This document shows positions 9,501-20,229 of a stretch of 64,000 nucleotides of DNA, one piece after another. Location: positions 640,001 to 704,000 of the forward strand of contig CAVTHO010000004.1 of NCBI GenBank assembly GCA_963734545.1, read 5' to 3'. This DNA comes from an uncultured Spirochaetota bacterium. Its GTDB lineage: Bacteria; Spirochaetota; Spirochaetia; SZUA-6; Fen-1364. Position numbers and translations under genes: made by a program. The stretch's first letter is position 1, and every line of letters begins with the position of its first letter. The notes beneath the pieces are model-generated. The model saw nothing but the letters and a program-made list of their open reading frames with translations, was not told the DNA's origin and did not search any database.

Positions 9501-10352
9501 ATGAGCGTCACACCGCTCAAGGCGAGCATCCGTCCCCCAATCGTCGACGGCCTCTTCTATCCGGCAAAGCGCGACGCGCTTTCCGCGATGATCGAAGATC
9601 TGGTCGGGCGCTCCTCCACGCCGGCAGGCGCAAGCCTGGCCGTGATCTCCCCGCATGCCGGCTACGAATACGCGGGGACCGTGATGGCAGCTGCGTTCCG
9701 GGCAATTTCCCTGCGTCCCGTGCGCACGGCGGTTCTCATCGGACCCATCCACCGCGATCCCGAGCACGGAATCTACCTGCCTGAATCGGATGCATTCAGC
9801 ACGCCGTTCGGGGAAATCCCCGTGGACGCCGCGGCGGCGGCCGCGCTCTGCGCCTGTGACCCGGTTTTCCGCAGGCGCGATCTCCCTCACCTGGAAGAGC
9901 ATTGCCTGGAAGTGCAGATCCCCTTCCTCGCGCACCAGTTCCCCGGTCTCTCCATCGTGCCCCTGCTCGTGGGCAGCAGCGACGCGGCAACCGTGTCCGC
10001 CCTCTCCCGGGGCCTTCGATTGACCTTCGAGGAAGGCGCCCCCTATACTGTCTTTATCGTGTCCGCCAACATGGCATCTTACATGACGGGGAAAGACCCC
10101 GAAGCGGAGGCGGCGGCCCTGGAAGGTCTGCTCACCGGCTGCAATTGGAAGGGTGTGCTCGAAGCCGCGGAGAAGCGGCGGATCAGCACGTGCGGCGCCG
10201 CGGGAATCGCGGCCCTGCTCGCCCTTGCCGGAGATGGATGCCGCGTGCAGATCCTCGCCCGGTCCAGCTCGCGCGGCGTGGACGACGATCCTTCCCGGAT
10301 CGTGCACTACGCGGCGGTGAGCATCGACCGGGGTGACCGCCCGGAGGGATGA
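9501..10352 (+). CDS. amrB: AmmeMemoRadiSam system protein B (Memo-like)
   Basis: GLFYP, SPHAGYEYAG, GPIH, TPFG, EEHCLEVQIPFL, STCG. Confidence 0.88.
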   Translation: MSVTPLKASIRPPIVDGLFYPAKRDALSAMIEDLVGRSSTPAGASLAVISPHAGYEYAGTVMAAAFRAISLRPVRTAVLIGPIHRDPEHGIYLPESDAFSTPFGEIPVDAAAAAALCACDPVFRRRDLPHLEEHCLEVQIPFLAHQFPGLSIVPLLVGSSDAATVSALSRGLRLTFEEGAPYTVFIVSANMASYMTGKDPEAEAAALEGLLTGCNWKGVLEAAEKRRISTCGAAGIAALLALAGDGCRVQILARSSSRGVDDDPSRIVHYAAVSIDRGDRPEG

Positions 10353-10900
10353 GCTCCACGCTCACGGAACAGGACGGGCACGTTCTCCTGCAGACCGCGC
10401 GCGAAGCCATCGGCGCCCGTCTCGCAATGCGCAGCCCGCGATACCCCCCTCCTTCCGCAGCCCTGTCGGCGCGCTGCGGCGCGTTCGTCACCCTGAAAGT
10501 GGACGGTCAGCTGCGCGGGTGCATCGGGCACATCACCGGCTCCCGGGCCCTCGTGGAGACAATCAAGGAAGTGGCGCTGTCGAGCGCATTCGAGGATCCC
10601 CGCTTCTCTCCGCTGCGCGCGGAGGAGTGGAACCGGGTGCACATCGAGATTTCCGTGCTCTCTCCCTTCGAGCCGATCACTGATGTGAACCGCATCGAGG
10701 TGGGTACGCACGGCATCATGATCCGCCAGGGCGGTCATTCGGGGCTTCTCCTGCCCCAGGTTGCGGCCGACCAGGGCTGGGACAGAGACGCGTTCCTCGC
10801 TCACACCTGCCTGAAGGCGGGGCTGCCGAGGGATGCGTGGAGCTGGCCCCACACGCGAATCGAGATCTTCAGCGCGCAGGTGTTCTCGGAGAAAGAGTAG
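10349..10900 (+). CDS. amrA: AmmeMemoRadiSam system protein A (AMMECR1 domain)
   Basis: GAFVTL...LRGCIG...AFEDPRF...IEISVLS...GLLLPQV...CLKAGL. Confidence 0.93.
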   Translation: MSSTLTEQDGHVLLQTAREAIGARLAMRSPRYPPPSAALSARCGAFVTLKVDGQLRGCIGHITGSRALVETIKEVALSSAFEDPRFSPLRAEEWNRVHIEISVLSPFEPITDVNRIEVGTHGIMIRQGGHSGLLLPQVAADQGWDRDAFLAHTCLKAGLPRDAWSWPHTRIEIFSAQVFSEKE

Positions 10901-10913
10901 AGGTTGTCCTCCC

Positions 10914-12335
10914 ATGGTGCAGGAGCTGATCGATCAGGGTGTGAAGCATCTCGCGGTCTCTGTAGGTGACACGGCAAAAGGCAGGGCCTTGACCCGTATC
11001 CTTGCGCTGAAAGCGTCTCCCGGGTGGCACGTGCGAGGCAGCGACGTACGCGAATGGCGTTTCGAGGGTCTGATGGAAAGGGACGGGGCGCCCCTGCTGT
11101 ACGGCCCCCCCGCTGCCGGTCAACCACTTGCGGCGGTCCTCGATCTCCCCCTGCGCTCCGCGCTGCCCTTTCTCTCCCGGCTCGCTCAGGCGCTCAGCCT
11201 GCTTTCCCGGAGGAGCATCCCCTGGTTCGCCCTGCAGACCGATTCGGTGCTGTTCGATGACGCGGACGGCGTGCTGTTCCTTCCCCCCGACGTCATGCGT
11301 GAAATCAGGGACCTCAACAGCTTCGCGCAGAGCCGGGACACCTTCGAGTCGATCAATCACCCGGATCTGAAGGGCGAAGCCCTCGCGTCTTTCTCGATCG
11401 CCGCGCTGCTCTACCGGGTCGGCACCGGCAGGTTCCCCTTCACGGGCCCGGACGCCGAGGAGATACACGAGCAGGTGCGCAAGCTCGAGATCGAAGCGCC
11501 CTCCGGCATCGTACCGGAGCTGGATCCGGAGCTCTCCGCGCTGGTCATGGCAGGGCTGGGAAGGGCACGTCGCGGATCCGTTCCCCTTGCGGAGTGGTCG
11601 GAGAGGCTGGACGCCTGGCAGAAGCGGGAGCTGTTCCGCGTTCTCACGGCTGAAGAAAAGCAGAAGGCACTGCGTGAAGCAGGTGCCCGGCAGCAGGCAT
11701 CGGGGAAAGGCTTTCGCAGGCGCATGTTCTGGGAGAAGAACTGGAAGCTCATCGCCGTCGTCGCCATCGCGATTGCCGTGGTTGCGGCCGGCGCCGGGGG
11801 CATCCTCAAGAACATACTCGCCCCCCGGATCACGCGGGGTTACACGCCGCAGAAGGTCGTGGAAACATTTTACGGCAGCATGAACTCCCTCGATCACCAG
11901 GCCATGCAGTCCTGCGTGATCGGGCGCGCGGGCCAGGGGGAAATCAACGAGGTCACCGTGCTCTATGTCACCTCACGGGTCACCCAGGGGTACGAGGGAA
12001 AATCGACGATCATCTCCGCGGAAGACTGGGACAGAAAGGGCCGGCCGAAGCTGGAGAGCCCTTCCTCGCTGTACGGCGTGACCGGACTCGCCGTCACGCG
12101 GGAACAGGGGGAGCCTGCTCCGGTGTTCAGGGTCCAGTATGACAAGTGGAACCCGTTGCGGCCGTCCGACACGGGAAGCGCATCTGCCCAGACGGCGCCG
12201 AAGTCCGAAGGGCACAGGGTTGTCGACCGGGCCTGGTTGAAACAGGACAAGGGCGATTGGGTGATCTACAGGATCGATCGTCTCCGGCAGGATCCCCTCC
12301 CGCCCCCGGAGCTCGCAACGGCACCCGCCCCCTAG
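10914..12335 (+). CDS. Membrane protein with a degenerate Ser/Thr kinase-like domain, one TM helix and an extracytoplasmic domain
   Basis: Kinase C-lobe-like 'ASFSIAALLYRVGTGRFPF...PELDPELSALV'; no HRD or DFG motif; TM 'LIAVVAIAIAVVAAGAGGIL'. Confidence 0.6.
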   Translation: MVQELIDQGVKHLAVSVGDTAKGRALTRILALKASPGWHVRGSDVREWRFEGLMERDGAPLLYGPPAAGQPLAAVLDLPLRSALPFLSRLAQALSLLSRRSIPWFALQTDSVLFDDADGVLFLPPDVMREIRDLNSFAQSRDTFESINHPDLKGEALASFSIAALLYRVGTGRFPFTGPDAEEIHEQVRKLEIEAPSGIVPELDPELSALVMAGLGRARRGSVPLAEWSERLDAWQKRELFRVLTAEEKQKALREAGARQQASGKGFRRRMFWEKNWKLIAVVAIAIAVVAAGAGGILKNILAPRITRGYTPQKVVETFYGSMNSLDHQAMQSCVIGRAGQGEINEVTVLYVTSRVTQGYEGKSTIISAEDWDRKGRPKLESPSSLYGVTGLAVTREQGEPAPVFRVQYDKWNPLRPSDTGSASAQTAPKSEGHRVVDRAWLKQDKGDWVIYRIDRLRQDPLPPPELATAPAP

Positions 12336-12410
12336 CGCTTCCCCCGTGGCCGCGGGCTTCTGCCCGCTCCCCGACACCCGCCCTGCAGCGCGCTTCCCCC
12401 GTGGCCGCGG
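12322..12410. repeat. Imperfect tandem duplication spanning the stop codon
   Basis: gcgcttcccccgtggccgcgg at 12335-12355 and 12390-12410, each preceded by cacccgccc. Confidence 0.75.
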
Positions 12411-12433
12411 ATAGGGTATACTCTCCGCGGGCT

Positions 12434-13936
12434 ATGAAAAAACAGCTTGGGGATATCCTGCTCGAGAAAGGCTACATCAGCAGCGAGGACCTGACCACCG
12501 CCCTCACCTACCAGATGCGCAAGGTCCTCAGCGACGACATCAAGGACAACTGGGCCACGAGCTTCCTTCTCGAGGTTGCCCGGACCAAATACAATAATCG
12601 GGACGAGTTCTACCTCGGCAAGATCCTCACCGAGCTGAAGCTCCTGCCGGAGACGCGCATACAGGAGGCGCTGGAGATCCAGAAGGCTTCCCCTTCGGAC
12701 ACCCCGCACGGGAAGTTGGACGCTCTGAACCGCATCCTGGTGCGGATGAACGGCTCCTACAACCTCATCGACCTTTTGAGCCAGATCCTCGTCCTTGCCG
12801 CCCAGCTCGTGGAGGCTGAAAGCGCGAGCCTCATCATTCACGACCGCACCCGGGACATGCTGGTCATCCTCATGCCGATCGGACCGGGAGCCGAGGCGGT
12901 GCGTCATCTGGAGATTCCCAAGGACCAGGGCATCGTGGGCTGGGTGTACCAGAACTCCTGCTCCGTCATATGCAATGACGCGGCCAACGACGAACGCTTC
13001 TACCCCGCCATCGACGAGGCGAGCGGCTACACGAGCCGCCAGATTCTCTGCGTGCCTCTTACCGTCAAGGACAAGCGGCTCGGCGCGGTGGAAGCGATCA
13101 ACAAGATCCAGGTCCCCGGCGAGCCGCCGCAGGGCTTCTCTCCCGCGGACCAGCTCCTGCTGGAAATGTTCAGCGCGCAGGCGGCGGTGGCCATCGAGAA
13201 CGCCCGGCTCACCGTGGCCCTTTCCCGGCTGGAGGAAGACGTGGCCCTGCGCACCACGGAAATGCCCAAGGAGCACCGGGCGCGCGCCGCGGCCCTGATT
13301 GCGGAATCGTTCATGCAGAAAATGAAAAGGTCGCTGATTCCCCTGCAGGGGTACGCGGCCCGGCTGCACGAGATCTCCGCGGATCCGCGCGTGGAGAAAT
13401 ACCGCTCCTACATCGACCGGGAGATGGACAGGCTCATGACGCACGCGGAGGATGTCGCGCGCTTCCTGAAGGACGAGTTCGCGCCGAGCCGCAGGGCAGT
13501 GAGCCTCCGTGAGGTACTCAAAGAGCTGGAGTCCCGATTCTGGGTCGAATGCCGTACCGGCGGCATCTCCTTTGAGCTGGACATGAAGGAAGATCTGATC
13601 GTCAACGCGGACAAGGAGCTGCTGCTCAAGGCGCTCGAGGCCCTCTTTCTGAACAGCCGTGAGGCCATGCCCGAGGGCGGGAGCTTTACCGTGACCGCGA
13701 AAGGCACCCGCCCCCCCGGAGCGGAAATCACGGTGACGGATTCGGGCAAAGGCATCGACGACCTGGGCGTGGAGCAGATATTCGAGCCTTTCTTCACCAG
13801 CGGCAAGCGCTGTGCGGCAGGGCTGGGGCTTTCAATCGCGAAGAAAATAGTCGAGCTGCACGGCGGCGGCATTCACGCGGAAAACCGCGGCGACTCGCCG
13901 GGGGCCCGATTCACCATCACGCTCCCGTCCCTCTGA
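12434..13936 (+). CDS. MshEN-like/GAF/HATPase sensor kinase-like protein lacking the H-box His
   Basis: Two MshEN-type motifs; GAF (GIVGWV...ILCVPL...GAVEAINK); HATPase (LNSREAM, DSGKGI, FEPFFT, GLGLSIAK). Confidence 0.8.
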   Translation: MKKQLGDILLEKGYISSEDLTTALTYQMRKVLSDDIKDNWATSFLLEVARTKYNNRDEFYLGKILTELKLLPETRIQEALEIQKASPSDTPHGKLDALNRILVRMNGSYNLIDLLSQILVLAAQLVEAESASLIIHDRTRDMLVILMPIGPGAEAVRHLEIPKDQGIVGWVYQNSCSVICNDAANDERFYPAIDEASGYTSRQILCVPLTVKDKRLGAVEAINKIQVPGEPPQGFSPADQLLLEMFSAQAAVAIENARLTVALSRLEEDVALRTTEMPKEHRARAAALIAESFMQKMKRSLIPLQGYAARLHEISADPRVEKYRSYIDREMDRLMTHAEDVARFLKDEFAPSRRAVSLREVLKELESRFWVECRTGGISFELDMKEDLIVNADKELLLKALEALFLNSREAMPEGGSFTVTAKGTRPPGAEITVTDSGKGIDDLGVEQIFEPFFTSGKRCAAGLGLSIAKKIVELHGGGIHAENRGDSPGARFTITLPSL

Positions 13937-14837
13937 GCAGGGCCTCGATCTCTCTTTCACCGGGCATGGACGGCTGGGCGCCGCGGCGGGTGGTGGAAAT
14001 GGCCGCGGCAGCAGATGCCCGGCGCAATGCCGTCCCCACCTCGAGGCTCCCTGCGAGAGAGGCGGCCAGAACGCCGCAGAAGCAATCCCCGGCACCCACC
14101 GTGTCCACCGCCTCAACCGGAAATGCATCCACCCGCTGGACACCCCGCTCCTGGATCAGGATGCTTCCCTCTCTTCCCAGCGTCACGATGACGGCACGCA
14201 CGCCGCGGGCAAAGAGAGTGCGCGCGGCCTGCTCGGGGTCGCCGTTCCTTCCCGTGAGAGCGGCGAGCTCGTTGCGATTGCAGATGAGCAGGTCCACGGC
14301 GCGCAGGGCCGTGTCGGCAGGAGGGCGGCTGAGGGTCGGCGCGAGATTCCAGAGAACGACATGCCCCGCGTCATGCGCCGTGAGGATGAGCGCCTCGGTG
14401 GCCTCCTGGGGAACCTCGTTCTGGAGAAGAGAGACCCACGTCTCCGCCCGCGGGGGACGGGGGAGCTCGATCCCTTCGGCGCTGAACATCGCGTTGGCCC
14501 CCGGCGCCACGGCGATTGTATTCTCTCCATCGCTGTCCACCGTGATCTGGGCAACTCCCGAGCTGACCCCGGGCAGGACCCGGACTCCCCGGGTAGAGAC
14601 CCCGGTCTCTTTCAGGCTTTTCAGCCTTTCCCTGCCGAACAGGTCGTCCCCCAGGCACCCGTAGAGCTCGACCGTTGCACCCGCTCGCGCGGCAGCAACG
14701 GCCTGGTTGGCGCCTTTACCCCCCGGAAAGGACGCCCACCCCTTTCCCGACACTGTTTCACCCGGCTGGGGAAGCTGCGTGACATAGACGACGAGGTCGG
14801 TGTTGATGCTTCCGAACACAAAGACCCTGCCACCCAT
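13917..14837 (-). CDS. rbsK: Ribokinase (PfkB family)
   Basis: GSINTD, PGGKGANQAVAAARAG, LQNE, NRNE, VTLGREG, DTVGAGDCF, GAQPSMP. Confidence 0.9.
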   Translation of the reverse strand: MGGRVFVFGSINTDLVVYVTQLPQPGETVSGKGWASFPGGKGANQAVAAARAGATVELYGCLGDDLFGRERLKSLKETGVSTRGVRVLPGVSSGVAQITVDSDGENTIAVAPGANAMFSAEGIELPRPPRAETWVSLLQNEVPQEATEALILTAHDAGHVVLWNLAPTLSRPPADTALRAVDLLICNRNELAALTGRNGDPEQAARTLFARGVRAVIVTLGREGSILIQERGVQRVDAFPVEAVDTVGAGDCFCGVLAASLAGSLEVGTALRRASAAAAISTTRRGAQPSMPGEREIEALLRGTGA

Positions 14838-14903
14838 TGCAGGGGAATGGTACGCGCGGCCGGCAGTGTTGTAAAGGCGCGTGCGGCCGGGCGTGCTGCG
14901 CCA

Positions 14904-14932
14904 TTGAAATGCCCACCCCCTTTTGCTATGAT
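14904..14932 (+). promoter_or_regulatory. Sigma70 promoter of valS (extended -10, near-leaderless)
   Basis: TTGAAA-N17-TATGAT, with the ATG 9 nt downstream and no SD. Confidence 0.6.
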
Positions 14933-14941
14933 GCGCGCCAC

Positions 14942-17601
<2,660 letters not shown>

Positions 17602-17631
17602 GGCGGGGCGCGCGCCGCGCCGGGCGGCTCC

Positions 17632-18438
17632 ATGGCGGACCTGAGAGAAGGGCTCGACACTCTCTATCGGAAATACAACAAGCGCGCGTTCGTGCATCCG
17701 GATCCGCTCGAGCTCGTGTACCGCTACGATTCCCCCGCGGACCAGGAGATCGCCGGATTGATCGCGGCATGCCTTGCGTACGGCCGGGTGGCGCAGATCC
17801 TTGCCAGCGTCTCGAGCGTCCTGGAGGCAGTCGGCGGGGACGGCTCCCCGCGGTCCTTCCTCGAGAGGGCAACGGACCGGGAGCTGCGGCCGCTTCTTGG
17901 TGAGTTCAGGCACCGCTTCACCCCCGGCGCGGAAGTCGCCGCGCTGCTGCGGGGCGTGAAACGCGCTCTCGCGGAGCACGGGTCCCTCGAAGCGCTCTTT
18001 GTCGCGGGCATGGGCAGGAAGGACGAAACAATCCTTCCCGCGCTCACCGTTTTCGTCGATCGGCTGCGCGCGCTCGCCGGCGGCACGCAGGCGTGTCCCA
18101 GCCTGCTTTCATCCCCTGCGGACGGCAGCGCATGCAAGAGGCTGAACCTCTTTCTGCGGTGGATGGTGAGACGGGACAGCGTGGATCCGGGCCCCTGGCG
18201 GTCCGTGTCCCGGGCAAAGCTCGTCGTTCCCCTGGACACTCACCTGCACAGGATTGCGCGCCAGCTCCGGTTGACCAATCGGAAGCAGGCGGACTTGAAG
18301 ACAGCAGTCGAGATCACCGGGGGATTCGCGCGGTATAACCCCCGGGACCCGGTACGCTGGGACTTTTCCCTGACACGCCTCGGCATCAATCCGGCGTGCC
18401 GTGACGACGACGTCCTTTTCCTGCCGCAGGGCCCCTAG
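17632..18438 (+). CDS. TIGR02757/DUF2400 family protein (HhH-GPD glycosylase-like)
   Basis: DPLELV..DQEIAGLIAACLAYGRVAQI...SACKRLNLFLRWMVR..VDPGPW..PLDTH..DPVRWDFSL. Confidence 0.85.
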   Translation: MADLREGLDTLYRKYNKRAFVHPDPLELVYRYDSPADQEIAGLIAACLAYGRVAQILASVSSVLEAVGGDGSPRSFLERATDRELRPLLGEFRHRFTPGAEVAALLRGVKRALAEHGSLEALFVAGMGRKDETILPALTVFVDRLRALAGGTQACPSLLSSPADGSACKRLNLFLRWMVRRDSVDPGPWRSVSRAKLVVPLDTHLHRIARQLRLTNRKQADLKTAVEITGGFARYNPRDPVRWDFSLTRLGINPACRDDDVLFLPQGP

Positions 18439-19210
18439 GCGGCACCGGACGGCGTCCCGCAATCCAGTCCTGCAGCACCTGCTTGTGGTCGAAGGCGAAT
18501 GGGAGCCCCTCGATGTCCGCGGCGCGGACGACCCGCACGTCCGCCGCATCGTCACCGGCGCGCGGAACGCCCTCCGCCCGTGCGCTGAAGACCGTTGTGA
18601 CGGTGTGAAAGCGCGGGTCCCGCGACGGGTCGGAGTACGTGTGGAACTGAGCGAGGTCGATCAGCTCGAGCCCCGTCTCTTCGCGCGCTTCCCGGAGCAC
18701 GGCCTGCTCCAGGCTCTCCCCGTAGTCGACAAAGCCTCCGGGCAGCGCGAAACCCAGGGGCGGATTGCTCCTCTTCACCAGCACGATCCCTTCCTGCACC
18801 TCGATGATCGCGTCCACTGTTATGAAAGGCCCCCAGATCAGCACGTCCAGGAAGTGCTTCACGTACCCGTTCACCGTCTTCTGGAAGACCTCATAGTCTT
18901 TCTCCTCGGCGCAGCAGAAAGTGATCCGTGACGTGCGTATCGGGCCCGCGCGGGCGAAGCGGATAGCCTCCTGTGCCATGATTTTCCCCGCGGTGACGGC
19001 CGGCATGGCTCCTGTCCGCACCCCGAGCGCCGCGATCGCCACTGAGCCGACCCCGCGCACACGCGCCTCCATCAGGGCGCGCGCGCAGGCCGCGCGGACG
19101 GACTGTTCGTCAGGCTGAGCGCCCGCGGCCTCTTCGGTGATCGTAATCTCGGCGCGCACGCTCTCGGCTTCCGCGCGCACCACCTCTATCTCGACTCCCT
19201 TGATTTTCAC
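18386..19210 (-). CDS. NUDIX hydrolase (ADP-ribose pyrophosphatase-like) with a truncated N-terminal macro-like domain
   Basis: GTG at 19210 preceded by a GGAGG SD; Nudix box PGGFVDYGESLEQAVLREAREETG, RDPR, AFDH; N-terminal 'SVAIAALGVRTGAMP' resembles a macro C-terminal half. The 3' end is uncertain. Confidence 0.8.
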   Translation of the reverse strand: MKIKGVEIEVVRAEAESVRAEITITEEAAGAQPDEQSVRAACARALMEARVRGVGSVAIAALGVRTGAMPAVTAGKIMAQEAIRFARAGPIRTSRITFCCAEEKDYEVFQKTVNGYVKHFLDVLIWGPFITVDAIIEVQEGIVLVKRSNPPLGFALPGGFVDYGESLEQAVLREAREETGLELIDLAQFHTYSDPSRDPRFHTVTTVFSARAEGVPRAGDDAADVRVVRAADIEGLPFAFDHKQVLQDWIAGRRPVPPRGPAAGKGRRRHGTPD

Positions 19211-19274
19211 GCCCGCCTCCTGCAGTCCGCGCCGCCGTATTCGGCGGGTTTCCAAGCAGGCACAGTGTAGCGTG

Positions 19275-19345
19275 GATTGTGGACTCTGGGCCACCACGTA
19301 TTGTGGGCCGTGGCCCACCACGCATTGTGGGCCGTGGCCCGCCAT
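19275..19345. repeat. 24-bp tandem repeat (about 2.5-3 copies) between divergent genes
   Basis: ccaccacg(t/c)attgtgggccgtggc at 19291-19314 and 19315-19338, with degenerate flanks. Confidence 0.8.
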
Positions 19346-19362
19346 GGTACCATCCAGCTTCC

Positions 19363-20181
19363 ATGGAGCCGGAGATCGTTTTCGAAGAAGTGTCGTTTCG
19401 TTATCCGGACGGAGACGGCGATATCTTCACCGGGCTGGACCTGGCGCTCCCGCGGGGGATCGTCTCTCTCGTCGGACAGAACGGGACGGGAAAGTCGACG
19501 CTTCTCCTCGTCGCGTCGGGCCGGCTGCTTCCCACTCACGGAAGGGTTCTCATACGCGGCCGGGACACGCGGGATCTTCAGGACGAGGCGGAGAGACAGA
19601 AGCTGGTTTCCTTCATCTACCAGAACATGGAGTTCGATACCGAGGAGCCCATCGGCCGGCTCCTGTCGTTCGTCCACGCGAACGGCCTTCACGCGCCCGG
19701 GCGCCAGGATCCTGCCGCGGAACGAATGCCGCGGATTACCGTGGCGGAGCTTGTCGACGTGTTCGAGCTTTCACCGGTCCTCGGAAGGCGCACCCAGGAA
19801 GTGAGCAAGGGGGAGCTGCAGCGCACGATCCTCGCGTTCAGCCTCCTCTATGGATCGCCCCTCATTGCCATGGACGAGCCGATCTTCGCGCTGGAAAGCC
19901 ATCAGAAACAAAACGCCATGGATTACCTTTCCCTGCGCGCACGGCAGGAGGAAATGAGCCTCTACTATTCCGTGCACGAGCTGGACATCTCCCAGAAATA
20001 TTCGGATTACATCCTGCTGTTCTCCCGGGAAGCGCCGCCGCGCCTGGGCAAGACCTCAGAGATCTTCACCCGGGAGACGATCGAAAAAGCATACGAGGTG
20101 CCGTTCGACATGTTGAAAAAACGGGAAGAGCTCTACCGGAAGTACCTGGTCGAGCTGCTGCGGGTGCGCGGAGAGGGCTAG
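19363..20181 (+). CDS. Orphan ABC ATP-binding protein
   Basis: Walker A GQNGTGKST, Q-loop YQN, variant signature VSKGE, Walker B AMDEP, H-loop SVHE. Confidence 0.85.
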   Translation: MEPEIVFEEVSFRYPDGDGDIFTGLDLALPRGIVSLVGQNGTGKSTLLLVASGRLLPTHGRVLIRGRDTRDLQDEAERQKLVSFIYQNMEFDTEEPIGRLLSFVHANGLHAPGRQDPAAERMPRITVAELVDVFELSPVLGRRTQEVSKGELQRTILAFSLLYGSPLIAMDEPIFALESHQKQNAMDYLSLRARQEEMSLYYSVHELDISQKYSDYILLFSREAPPRLGKTSEIFTRETIEKAYEVPFDMLKKREELYRKYLVELLRVRGEG

Positions 20182-20229
20182 CCCCCCGGGCTGACTCTCC
20201 CGGGTCTGACCCCCCGGTGATAGCCGCTC

